From Azolla caroliniana (lineage: Eukaryota; Plantae; Polypodiophyta), in NCBI GenBank assembly GCA_043228905.1, contig JBHGNT010000008.1, positions 20,398,001 through 20,462,000 of the forward strand: DNA of 64,000 bases, read 5' to 3'. The notes below the pieces were generated by a model. It searched no databases. It saw nothing but the letters and a program-made list of their open reading frames with translations, and was not told the DNA's origin. A program made the position numbers and the translations under genes. Below, one piece after another: positions 24,350-36,855 of the stretch (its first letter is position 1; every line of letters starts with the position of its first letter).

Positions 24350-26039
24350 ACTGTAACAGTAATGTAGATAACGTTGGACTAACTTAATCTATGGATTCCA
24401 TTTACAAGAAGGAGAAACATACATACACAATCCATGTTTCCCAAAGAGAAAAAACAAATTAAGATACCTGGGATATTTGAAGATTATGAGGCAATAAAGG
24501 ATCAATTTTCCACTATAGATCTTCCAATCTATCAAAAAATAAAGAAGAAAGAGGATGGCTCACATTAGCTTACACACACATGCAAATCCATGTATGTAAA
24601 TGTGAAAGACATTGAGGGAACAAATATATTGCAAACAATATTGAAGGAAAGGATAAAGAGAAAAAAAGGTAGTGTATATATTAAAACAAGAGGACAATAC
24701 AAATGAAAGGTAATAATGCTTGTCGAGTTTTCATGAACCTCTAAATAATTGAGTTTGAACTCATCAGATGTAATAAAACATAAAATTGATTGAATATAAT
24801 ATGTTTACGAAGAAACAAATGATAAAAAATAACACTTTTTGGAGTTAGGAGATGTATGCAAGTTGAGAAGGAATCTTGGAGTTAAATTTACAAATATGAA
24901 ACGTTTCACCATTTAAATGGTCCATAAAAGACAAATAAGAGTGTTAAACAACTAGATGCAATTACCCACATGCCAAAAGTCTTATTTTGTGCCTTTATAA
25001 GGTTCAATCTCAACATTAATGATGGCCCTTAGACGAGTATCTTGCAAAACTGTTTCCTGCATAGTAAGTCGATTGTCAATAGCTCTACAACATAGGGTCA
25101 CTTCCCAATGAGATATAGCATTGGAGAGGGTTGTGGAGTACAACTTCAGAGAATTTCATAGGAAGTAAAAATGTTAAAAAAGACAGAACAACAAATATGT
25201 GAGTTCACATGGATGCAAGAAATACAAAAATGGTTTGGAAAATGGTATGCACCACATGTGAGAGCTTGAGAGACATGTGGAGTTTCATCCTTCACACGTT
25301 CATTGGTGAAACTCGTCAATGCCAAGAGTCACTAGAGAACTCTATACATGCTAGTTGCAAATGTGGCAGCTTGGATCCATAAACCATACTTCATATTATT
25401 AGAAGAAACTTTTTGTTTCAGTCTTAGAGAAGATTTTGTCAAGTGTCATCAACCTATATATTTGTTCCATTGAATTTTCATTACATTTAGAGTAAGTTAA
25501 ATGTATGACCCTATAAAACGTTTTGGCAAGCCTTTTTGTGAATAACCCAATTTGGGAGTACATAGAAATTTCCTTTGGTATTCAACATTAGTGAAGCTTC
25601 AAGACTTGCGAGGAGTACAAGGAACTTGGTCATTGACCTTCTAGGTGCAAGTAAATGAACATTTTGTCATGAACAATTGATCAATCAAACACTCTTGATA
25701 TTGTCATTAAAGATAAATGTCCTTGCTACAAATTTTGTGCCATGCAAATTTGTACATATGTGATAACATGTATAATTCTTGTTGTTTTTTTCAACCACAA
25801 CGGATTACTACAAACTAGGAACTAAAGAAAAATGCACAAAACAGTGTACCTTTATCAATGTTATTGAATTTCAATGTGTTCTTTTGGTCTTAAAAAAGCC
25901 ACATTCTCATTTTTTTGCCATATAGAAAAACAAAAAATAGAGAACATATTCAAAGGAAGAGAAAACACATAAAAAAAGAGAGAAAATAGAGAGAATTCAT
26001 AAAAAGAGAAAGACAAACATACATACTAGAATGGTAACA

Positions 26040-26365
26040 AGCAAGAAAGGATGAGCAATCGGCAACGAGCGAGCAGGGATGAGAAATCAGCAACAAGCGA
26101 ATAGGGAGGAGCAACCAACAACGAGCAAGCAGGGAGGAGCAATCAACAATGGCGAAGCAGGGAGGAGCAATCAACAACGAGCGAGTAGGGAGGCGCAATC
26201 GACAACGAGCGAGCAGGGAAGAGAAATTGGCAACCAAGAACGAGCAAGTAGGGAGGCGAAATCGACAACGAGCGAGCAAAGACGATCAATCAACAACAAG
26301 TGTGCAAGGAGGAGCAATGGGCAACGAGCAAGTAGGGAGGAGCAATCAACAATGAGCGAGTAAGG
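26040..26365. repeat. Degenerate ~27-bp tandem repeat in the hAT 5' region
   Basis: Unit approximately GAGCAATCAACAACGAGCGAGCAGGGA, about 11-12 copies. Confidence 0.8.
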
Positions 26366-27133
26366 AACAAGGAAGGAGTAGCAAAAAATGGAAGAATGCG
26401 ACACGAAGAAGAAAGAATAGAGCAACGATATGTTAAGAATGGAATAGATAGGGAGCAGCGAGCAACACGAAGAGGGAAAGCAGTGATTCATGAAAAATAT
26501 AAAAAAAAAAGAATGGGGAAAAAGAGGGGGAAAAGAAAAATTGACATAAATATACAAAAAAATTTCTAATCTATATAAATAGGCGGTTCATAAAATATGA
26601 ACTGGCTAGATTCTGGCCAGGTGGAACACCTAGCCGGAATCAATTCCGACTACCTCTCATGGTGACTGGCAAAAGTCCCAATTCAACTGGAACCGTGCCA
26701 CTATTCCTGGGATTTTGCCCAACACTGGTTATACCTGTAGTGTTTTTGGGTAATGTTTCCTAATTGTGTGTGGATTACTTTGTACTTTACACATTGTATA
26801 TTCAATTTATGTGGTACTTGATGAAACATTTCTAGGAATTTGCATATGGTTTTTAATGTTCATTCATAATTTTGTGAGTCATCAATTGTAAAGAGGATCA
26901 TTGATCCCTTCTAGAATTGGAAACTATGTGTGCATGTATATTTTATATGTAAGAGTATTTAAAATGGGTGGTTATCAAGGATAAAACCCTACCCACAATC
27001 AAAACACGATACTTTTGCACGATATGCTATTTATCATTCTTCAAACAAGATCTTAAGTTCATTATATTTAAAGAGATTCATCATAATTCTTGAAACAAGA
27101 GGGACCTCATTATTTTTAAGGAGGTTGTTACCA

Positions 27134-27452
27134 CGTTTGAAACCCCTTATTACAACTTTTTGAATTATTTTTATATATACTAATTAGTCATGACTAAAAT
27201 ATATACATATATAAATCTTCTTTAAATGCTCACATTTAAATTTACATACGGAGAGTTTAGAAACAAACGTTTGAAACCCCTTATTACAACTTTTTGAATT
27301 ATTTTTATATATACTAATTAGTCATGACTAAAATATATACATATATAAATCTTCTTTAAATGCTCACATTTAAATTTACATACAGAGAGTTTAGAAACAA
27401 ACGTTTGAAACCCCTTATTACAACTTTTTGAATTATTTATATATATACTAAT
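27134..27452 (+). repeat. 134-bp tandem triplication; third unit interrupted by copia and finished at 32740-32822
   Basis: CGTTTGAAACCCCTTATTAC starts at 27134, 27268 and 27402; single copy in segment 1 (~10912). Confidence 0.9.
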
Positions 27453-30400
27453 TGTTGAAAAACAGTGCTCGGCCACCACCGAGGAATAGGATCGATTCAC
27501 AGAAAACGGGAAATACAAAATGCACGAAGACAATAGAGAGAAGAGTACACGGGATGTAAACTCCAACTAACACTATAAACAGAGATGTACAATGGTGAAG
27601 CTACAAGGCAACAACCTTGAGCTCACTGTCTTCGCCACAGGCGGCGGTAATACACAGAGGCAACGACCTCTTCGTCTCTCTCTCTCCCTCTCTCTCTCGG
27701 CTGCTCTCACTTAGCTTTCTCTAACTGAAAAACAGAAAAATGAGCAACAACAACTTAAAACTGTTTGCCCTAAGTCATATTTATACACATATGACTTTCG
27801 GGCTATTTACAAATATAGCCTCGAGGGCCCTTGGCAAACATATTCACAAATATGTCCCCGCATCCGGATCTCTCTCCGGGTACATTCGTCATTCGGCTCC
27901 GTAGCCGGGGTCTTCATCATCCGGCTCCGAAACCGGGTCTTCATCATCCGGCTCCGTAGCCGGGGTCTTCATCATCCGGATCCGGAATCGTAACCGTAAC
28001 CGTAACCGGGATTGCCGTCATTCATCTCCGGACATCCCATTTGGAGGGACCGAAATCCCAACAAACTCCCCCTTCACTTCGGCATGGGATGTCTCTCCAA
28101 TCCAATCCTCTTCCGGCATGCTTCCAGCTTGTCGGGTGTGAGCACCTTGGTCAGCATATCCGACCCGTTCTCGTCCGTGTGGATCTTCGTCAGCACGAAC
28201 TCCTTGTCTTCTATCCTTTCCCGCATCCAGTGATATCTTCGCTGGATGTGCTTCGTCCGGGAGTGATAGGCCGCATTCTTCGCAAGGTGGATGGCACTCT
28301 GACTGTCGCAGTAGAGTCGGTACTCCTCCTGCTGGATACCGAGCTCTCTAATGAAGTCCTTCATCCATATTATTTCCTTGCCGGCTTCAACAGCCGCCAT
28401 GTACTCCGCCTCCGTGGTTGACAACGCAACCGTCTTCTGCAGCCTCGACTGCCACGAAACAGCTCCTCCTGCATACGTCATCACATACCCTGATGTGGAC
28501 CGGCTGGTATCTGCATCAGCCGACATATCCGAATCGGTAAAGCCGTCGAGTTCGGGCTTACCGGAGCCGAATCGGAGGCACACGTTTGCCGTGCCCTTCA
28601 GGTATCTGAGTATCCACTTGACCGCGTTCCAGTGCTCTTTGCCGGGATTGCTCATGTACCGGCTCACCACTCCGACTGCATATCCTATGTCCGGTCTTGT
28701 ACACACCATTGCGTACATCAAGCTTCCGACGACAGAGGCATATGGTACTTTCATCATGTCCTCCTTCTCAGCCTTTGTCTTGGGGCTTTGCTTGCTGGAC
28801 AACTTGCAGTTTGCCGGGAGGGTTGACCTGACCGGTCTTGCTTCTGACATGTTGAACCGGTGAAGCACCTTTGTCACGTACTTCTCCTGTGACAGCCACA
28901 ACTGCTTCTTCTTCCGGTCCCGGATGATGTGCATCCCTAGTATTTGCCTCGCCGGACCCAGGTCCTTCATTGAGAAGGTTCGGTGAAGCGCTTTCTTCAG
29001 CATCCGTATCTTGACCTGGTCCCGTCCGACGATCAACATGTCGTCCACGTACAGGAGGAGTATTAGAAAGTCTCCTCCTTCGAACTTCTTCACAAACACG
29101 CAGTGATCGGACTGCGTTTTGTGGTAGCCTTCGTCGGTCATGAAAGAGTCGAACTTCCGGTACCATTGCCGGGGAGCCTGCTTCAGTCCGTAAAGGCTCT
29201 TCTTCAACCGGCATACCAGGTGCTCCTTCCCTTTCTTCTCGAATCCTTCTGGTTGCTGCATGTAGATCTCTTCTTCGAGGTCACCATGAAGGAATGCCAT
29301 CTTCACGTCCATCTGTTCTACCTCAAGGTCCATGCTTGCCGCTATGCTCAGCACCGTCCGGATGGAGGTCATCTTCACTACCGGGGCAAATATCTCGTCG
29401 AAGTCAACGCCCTTCTTCTGCTGGAACCCCTTCACTACGATCCTGGCTTTGTATCTCGGGGGGTTTCCGGCATCTCCCGGTTTCAGCTTGAACACCCACT
29501 TGTTTCGAAGTGCCCGCTTTCCTTTCGGCAACTCCACAAGTTCATATGTGCGGTTCTCATGCAGGGAATCCATCTCCTCCTGCATGGCACTTAACCACCT
29601 GCGGCTATGGGTGTCAAGCTTTGCTTCTTCAAAACTCTCCGGCTCCCCCTCGTCGGTTAGCTGCACGTGCTCTGGTTCCGGAAATCTCCGGGGGGCCCTT
29701 CTCTCTCTTAGAGGGTATCTCCGTTCCGGAGCTTCGGTAACCGGCTCCTCCGTTTCCTCTTTATCCGAATCCATTTCGGGATCGGGGCCGGTTCCGGTAT
29801 CAGTTTCATCTTCCTCGGCCGGTTCTGTTTCTTCACCGTCTTCGGCCGGATCCTCGAGTGCTAACCGGTCCCTTGCCGGTCGGGACTGCTCCTCGTAGAG
29901 TTGATCCTCACCGGTCGACTTGGAGCTCTTCATCTTCTTCTCCGACTCCCAGTCGGCGAGTGTCTTGTCCTCCATGAAGATGATATCACGACTCCGGAAT
30001 ATCTTTTTGTCGACCGGGTCCCATACTCGGTAGCCGAACTCGTCGTCGCCGTAACCGAGGAATATGCATGGCCGGGTCTTTGGATCTAACTTTCCTCTCC
30101 GGTCCTTTGCCACATGCACGTATGCGAGACACCCGAACACCTTCAGATGCCGGTAGGATACTTCCCTACCGGTCCACACTCTCTGCGGCGTGTCTCCGTC
30201 CAAAGGTACTGAGGGTGATCTGTTTATCACGTATGTCGCCGTCGACATTGCCTCAGCCCAAAACCCCTTGGGTAATTTCGCATGCGCCAGCATACTCCGG
30301 ACCCTCTCCATTATGGTCCGGTTCATCCTCTCGGCCAGCCCGTTCAGTTCCGGCGTCTTCGGCACAGTAAACTCGAGCCGGATTCCCATCGAACGGCAGT

Positions 30401-32734
30401 ACTCCTCAAACTGCCCCCGGTATTCCCCTCCGTTATCCGCTCGTATCGCTTTCAGCTTCTTGCCGGATTCTCTTTCCACTCTCGCGTGGAGTTCTTTGAA
30501 GACGGACAATACTTGGTCCTTTGTCTTCAACGGTGCCGACCACAGCTTCCGGCTATGGTCATCTATGAATGTTACGAAGTACTGGGCTCCGCCATGTGAC
30601 TTCGTTTCTACTTGACACACGTCAGTGTGCACCAACTCCAATGGTGCGCGACGTCTCGTCGGTGGCCTTGAGTGGAAGGAGGTTCAGTTCTGCTTACCGG
30701 CCAGGCAATCGGTGCACTTCTCCAGGTGCACATGCTTCACTGGAATAAGGTTGTCTTCTGCAAGCCTCTTCATCCCCTTCTCACTCATGTGGCACAGTCT
30801 CTTGTGCCACAGCTCACCGGCAGTGTCGGCTGCCACGTTCAGCTCCTCCGGACATAGCCGGGAATTCATCAGGTACAGTGTGTTGACCTTCCGGGCCCGA
30901 GCCACTATCAGGCTCCCTTTGCTGAACTTCATGACACCGTTCCGGATGCTACCTGTGTAGCCTTCATCGTCTAGCCTCCCGGCCGAAATCAGGTTCAATC
31001 GGACCTCCGGAACGTGTCGAACATCCTTCAGCAGCATCTTGCATCCGGTTGATGTCATCAGCCACACGTCTCCTATGCCGGCAATCCGGCATGTGCCTTC
31101 ATTTCCCATCCGGACACAGCCGTGCTCACCGGCTGTGTAGGATGAGAAGTATTTCTTCTCCGGGGTCAGGTGGAACGACGCTCCGGAATCGACCACCCAG
31201 GTCATCTCTACACCAGCAAGGTTCAGCTCCCTCTCTTCGGTAATGAGCATTATCTCTTCTTCACTTGCCGCGAGTGCCGTCGTTCCTTTCCGGTCCTGCC
31301 CTCGCCGATCCGGACCTCTCCGGTCCGTGGCTCCCCGGTATGCACCGTTTCTCTCCGGTGACTTCTTCGAATCGGTGTCGTCGGCTCCGTTGTCCTTTCG
31401 GTAATGCCGACAATTCTTCCGGAAGTGCCCCGGCTTCCCACAGTGGAAGCATGTGGGCCTTCCTCTTGACTGCGACCGTGTCCCCGACTTCTCCCGTCTT
31501 TGCGGACTCCGGTTCCATTGTCTTCCCCGATCCGATTCGGTAAGCAGCATCTTCGGATCGGAAACCGGTTCTTTATCTCTCCGATGCGCTTCTTCGTTCA
31601 AAATGCTTGTCTTTACCGTTTGTAGAGACAAGTTATCTTCGGTGCAAGAGGTGCTGAGAGTCACCACCAAGTTCTCCCAGCTTTCCGGCAATGTACACAT
31701 CAGAATGATGGCTTGCATTGCATCCTCCAACGGGAACTTGATCGCCGCAAGCTGGTTCACGAATCCCATGAACGTGCTCACGTGTTCCACCATATTCTCG
31801 CCGTCCCGGTACTTGAGGTTCACTATCTTCCTCATCAGGGAGGTCCGGTTCAACGCATTCTTCCTCTCGTAGAGGCCCGACAGCTTCTTCCACATCTCAT
31901 ATGCGTTGGTGTCGTTCGCCACATGTTGTAGAACGCTTACATCGACATATTGCCGGATCGTCGCTACGGCTTTCCGGTTCAGGAGCTTCCACTCCGACTC
32001 TATTACCCCCTTGGGTATCCCGGCATTGTCGATCGGTTCATACAGGTCTCGGACGATGAGAAGGTCTTCCATCTTTATCTTCCAGTCGGCGTAGTTCTGT
32101 GAGTTCAACACCATCATGCCCGGAGGCCCACTACCGCCGCCTTCCATTTTCTGTGTTACCGTCGCTCTGATACCAATTTGTTGAAAAACAGTGCTCGGCC
32201 ACCACCGAGGAATAGGATCGATTCACAGAAAACGGGAAATACAAAATGCACGAAGACAATAGAGAGAAGAGTACACGGGATGTAAACTCCAACTAACACT
32301 ATAAACAGAGATGTACAATGGTGAAGCTACAAGGCAACAACCTTGAGCTCACTGTCTTCGCCACAGGTGGCGGTAATACACAGAGGCAACGACCTCTTCG
32401 TCTCTCTCTCTCCCTCTCTCTCTCGGCTGCTCTCACTTAGCTTTCTGTAACTGAAAAACAGAAAAATGAGCAACAACAACTTAAAACTGTTTGCCCTAAG
32501 TCATATTTATACACATATGACTTTCGGGCTATTTACAAATATAGCCTCGAGGGCCCTTGGCAAACATATTCACAAATATGTCCCCGCATCCAGATATCTC
32601 TCTGGGTACATTCGTCATCCGGCTCCGTAGCCGGGGTCTTCATCATCCGGCTCCGAAATCGTAACCGTAACCGTAACCGGGATTGCCGTCATTCATATCC
32701 GGACATCCCATCCGGAGGGACCGAAATCCCAACA
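27453..32734 (-). mobile_element. Full-length, young Ty1/copia element (Tork-like pol, divergent gag)
   Basis: LTRs 27453-28063 and 32179-32734 (TGTTG...CAACA), TSD CTAAT (27448-27452, 32735-32739), PBS TGGTATCAGAGC 32175-32164, PPT GAAGGGGGAG ~28075-28066. Confidence 0.97.
28074..32147 (-). pseudogene. gag-pol polyprotein (gag, CCHC, protease, integrase, RT, RNase H) with one in-frame TGA at 30686-30684
   Basis: ORFs 32147-30684 and 30641-28074 are in the same frame; VDSGASFH, YVDD and ADADTSRSTSG motifs present. Confidence 0.93.
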
Positions 32735-34444
32735 CTAATTAGTCATGACTAAAATATATACATATATAAATCTTCTTTAAATGCTCACATTTAAATTTAC
32801 ATACGGAGAGTTTAGAAACAAAGCCTATTTTTGAGTGCATAACCAATCATGAAGTCATTCTTTGTGTGTGTGTGTGTGTGTAAAAGAAGGAGAGAAAAAG
32901 AGGGACACACAATTATTACTCGAAAGAGCATAAATAATCCCAAGCTAGATGGGGATGCTAGAGAATGAGTGGGATATGAAGGTATCCACTTCATTCAATA
33001 TCCCATTCACGAAGTTAATGTTGGGGCTTTAACAAACATGTATCCTATTCAGGTGTATGTTGTTGACCCTGATATCTCAATCCACCCATTTCAACCTTCT
33101 TTGTGTTGTATAGTCAATTGAACAATAAGCTTCGATTTCATTTACTCTACGTTCAACTCACTAGATCATGTGGACATTGGATAGGTTCGTGAATTTGCAT
33201 GCCCATCCATTTGATCGTGTCCTCCCCTCCATTTGTATAAGAAGAACAATAAAACAGTAAAAAATTAGAGAAAGAATAATAAAGAATTGGAGTTACCTCA
33301 CTTCGTCAACCTCCAATATTCTTTTCTCCTATATCACGAGACATGCGGCTCATTGGTTTATAAGACCAATTGATATCAATGATCTAGAATGCAATGAACA
33401 CGACCAAACGTCGACAATACACACACATTGTGGTATTCGATACACTTGCAAAATTTGATACCTTAAACCTTAAATAGGGTTGCAAGGAATTGAGGCAGCA
33501 TGTAAGGGCCAAGTGTGGACTTGCATGGGAGTCTTAGGTCTAACTATAAATATGAGGCGTAGCTACCCTCATTAGGGGATTTTTTTGACTACCTTGAGAC
33601 TATGATCGTGTGGTGAACACACAGTTGTAGCGAGCACGCCATTACCAGATACGACTCGATGCCATGGCGGTGGTATTAGAGAATGTTCGTCTCGACCCTT
33701 TTCTCGGGGGTGGTCGGGTGGATCAACACCCTTCTTTCTCTCTCTTTCTTAGCTATCTATATGATATATTGTTTATTTCATGCTTACATTAGTATTAAGC
33801 TCTGACCTGGGTCATTGGGCTTTTCGGCGCCAAAAACTTGAAAATTACACCCATCAAGGGAAAGTGGGGGGAATTCTGATTCAGGTTTTTGGCTGTTAGT
33901 GTGGTTCATTGCCACTAACCACATTCACTTTCTCTTAACCTAAAAGTCAACAGTCTTTGAAGAAAAAATTTGTGAAACTGAACGTTAGCAACTGATTTAA
34001 AGGGTGAAAAAGAAAATAGGGGGGTGAGTAGATAATACGTTAAAATTACTATTTTAGCTTAACAATAATTAACAAACCATGAACGTATCCCTTTCTTAGT
34101 ACTCCTCTTAGCCGCCAATCGATTTAACCATCTAACATTATACCTAGCTTAATTTAGGAAATGGAAACCCATACGCTGTCACAGACACACCAACCGTGGA
34201 CTCGAGCAGAGCACAGATGATGGGGCTAAGAGCGTGGAACTTAAGAAGCTGGGAACAACACTAGAGCATGAAGATAGAGATAAAGAAGACAATATGACAT
34301 GAAACGAGAATACGAGATTGATGTGTCAATGACTGGCATGGAATCCCTTGAAAGGGACCAAGGAGGTTAAGTATTTATACAAGTTTCAAGATTGAATATT
34401 TGTAGGATATACTCGAGAAATATCTCCTCTGAATCAAGCTCCTC

Positions 34445-35162
34445 TCACGAATCGGCTGCCTCCAATTCGTCTTCAATCTTCAAGCCCTTCACGACATCGA
34501 ACCACGTCCAGGTCTTGGGCTTCTTCTTTCGGTCGGCTCTGTCCTTCTTGACTCTGCCGTCGTCGCCGCTTCTTCTGACTTTATCGCATGTGCCGACTTC
34601 TTTCGTCGATTCGGCTTCCTTTTTCTTCTTGTCTGGTGCCATTACGTGATTTTCCGGTTTCCGTTCCGGTTCTCCTCGTATCAATCCCGGTCCCAATTCT
34701 CCCCCGCAAGTGCGGCATGTCGAGATGCTAAAGACCAAGCATCGCCGAAAAAAGCTGCAACTTGTCCGATCCGAGCGGCTTGGTAAAGATGTCGGCAACT
34801 TGCTGATCCCTATGAACATACCGAAGTTCAACTTCACTACTTAGGACCCACTCACGCACAAAGTGATAATGTACTTCTATGTGCTTTGTCCGAGCATGAA
34901 ATATGGGGTTCTTGGCAAGCTGTATGCTTCTTATGTTGTCACAATAGATCAGGATCGGGGTCGATACCTCGATTCGGAGTTCTTGTAGGAGCCTCCGAAG
35001 ACATATAGCTTCATAGGTGGCAATGGTGGCGCCCCAATACTCAGCTTCCATGCTCGACAGAGCTACGGTTGGCGGCTCCATGCAGCAACCGCACTACCAA
35101 GAGAAAACATGTATTCGGAGGTGGACCGACGATCCGATGCATCACCAGCCCAATCGGCATCT
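34445..35162 (-). mobile_element. Copia family B RNase H and tail fragment (part of the duplicated segment)
   Basis: DADWAGDASDRRST, KHIEVHYHFVRE; paralog of 12693-13440. Confidence 0.88.
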
Positions 35163-35276
35163 ATAAAATAATACGTTGTGTGGAAGCGTGTGCGTAAGAC
35201 ACAGAGTACACTATTCGGGAGAATAAGACAGTTCGGTAAAACACAGAAAACGGAAAGATGAACTGACATAACTGGG

Positions 35277-36146
35277 TAACGGTGAGTTATGTCAGTCCAC
35301 CCGCCAGAAGGATCCCGTCAAGCGGTACGGGTACAATGAGTACATGGTGCATCACTATGGGTACATGACTAAGGTGGCGGAAGTGTGTGAGCCAGAGAGC
35401 TACGCAGAAGCGGCCAAGGACGCAAATTGGCGTGCCGCTATGGAGGAAGAAATGCGGGCACTTGATGTCAACAAGACATGGGACCTGGTTGACCCTCCTC
35501 GTCATTGTAAACCGATCGGATGCAAGTGGATATACAAAGTAAAGTACAACGCTGACAGTTCAAGTAACCGGTACAAGGCCCGGTTAGTGGCGAAGGGATA
35601 TGCGTAGACCCACGGAATCGACTACGACGAGACCTTCGCTCCTGTAACGAAGATGATGACGGTTCGAGTGGTCCTGGCGGTTGCTGCGGCAAGGGGGTGG
35701 GATCTTCATCAGATGGATGTGAAGAATGCATTTCTTCAAGGTGATCTTGAAGAAGAAGTCTTTATGACTCAGCCTCCCGGTTTTCAATCGGAGATGAACA
35801 AGTCGGCAGTATGCCGGCTGAAGAAGTCGTTGTACGGCCTGAAGCAAGACCCTCGAACTTGGAATGCGAAGATCACACACCGGTTGCGTAAGATGGGGTT
35901 TGTGGCCTCCAAATCGAACTCTTCATTGTTCATCCGGCAAGGCCCAGCCGGTCCGGTATGTATACTGTTGTATATTGATGATCTAGTCATCACCGAACCG
36001 GGTGTTCCAGAAATCAACCGTGTCAAGTCCCAGTTGTCGGACGCATTTGAGATGAAGGATCTGGGGGACCTTCATTATTTTCTAGGGATCGAGGTGATCC
36101 GAACCTCGGACGGCATATTGCTCTCACAACGACATTACGTCTTGAA
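35277..36146 (+). mobile_element. Copia family B RT fragment, inverted near-identical copy of ~38497-39360
   Basis: EPESYAEAAKDANW, HQMDVKNAFLQGDL, YIDD; reverse complement of the downstream element. Confidence 0.9.
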
Positions 36147-36855
36147 GTATGTGCCTCCGGTTCGGCTCCGGTAATCCCCAACTTGACGGATTCATGGATT
36201 AGGATATGTCAGCTGGTGCGGATACCAATCGGTCTACATCCGGATATGTCATTACTTATGCATGCGGAGCTGTTTCATGGCAGTCGAGGTTGTAGAAGAT
36301 GGTTGCGTTGTCAACCACGGAGGCGGAGTACATGGCAGCTGTAGAAGCCGGCAAGGAGATAATCTGGATGAAGGACTTGATCGGAGAGCTAGGGATCCAA
36401 TAGGAGGAATATTAGCTCTACTATGACAGTCAAAGTGCCATCCACCTTGCAAAGAACGTGGCCTACCATTCGTGGACGAAACATATCCAGTGGAGGTACC
36501 ACTGGATCCGGGAGAGAGTAGAAGATCAAGAGTTCCTACTGACAAAGATCCACACAGAGGAGAACTGGTCGGATATGCTGACCAAGGTGTTGACGACCGA
36601 CAAGCCTGACGCGTTCCAAAAGAGGATCGGGCTGACGAGACATCCCATGCCGTAGTAAATGGAAAGTTTGTTTGGAAATCGGTACCTCCGGATGGGATCC
36701 GGTTATGAATAAAGAGGACCCGATGAGAACCGGAAGAAATCCAGAAACCGGAGGAGACCCGGTGAGAATCGGAAGAGAGCCAGTGAGAACCAGAAGAGAA
36801 AACATATTTATAAATATGTTTTCTGAATAAGCCTATTGAAGCTATATTTGTAAAA
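36147..36855 (+). mobile_element. Copia family A RNase H fragment plus start of an LTR (~36669)
   Basis: AYHSWTKHIQWRYHW...SDMLTK...HPMP*, followed by family A LTR motifs ACATATTTATAAATATG and GCTATATTTGTAAA. Confidence 0.85.

Larger units (their letters stand above)
13896..26727 (-). mobile_element. hAT-superfamily DNA transposon (ZNF862-like transposase), split by the gypsy at 14285-22724, 3' end lost
   Basis: Fragments 24349-22725: WCSYC zinc finger, GLMVDEATDVS, GFGSDGASVM, HCCAHRTNL, TRWLSR, CERGLSRLNLIKNKFRNRL; C-terminus resumes at 14284-14114 (VDALIRISIEGPEL); candidate 5' TIR CAGTGTTGGGC at 26727. Confidence 0.85.
26967..35162 (+). repeat. Copy 2 of the duplicated segment, with an internal triplication and a copia insertion
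   Basis: Matches 10745-13440 when the extra 134-bp units and 27453-32739 are removed. Confidence 0.9.

Noticed and set aside
26040-26365. ORFs on both strands over the 27-bp repeat
   Set aside because: Low-complexity translations of a tandem repeat with no domain signal
30684-30686. TGA between the two ORFs as programmed readthrough
   Set aside because: Sister copies have Arg (CGG at ~1917, CGA at ~50479) here and the site lies inside the integrase zinc-finger region; simple C>T decay explains it
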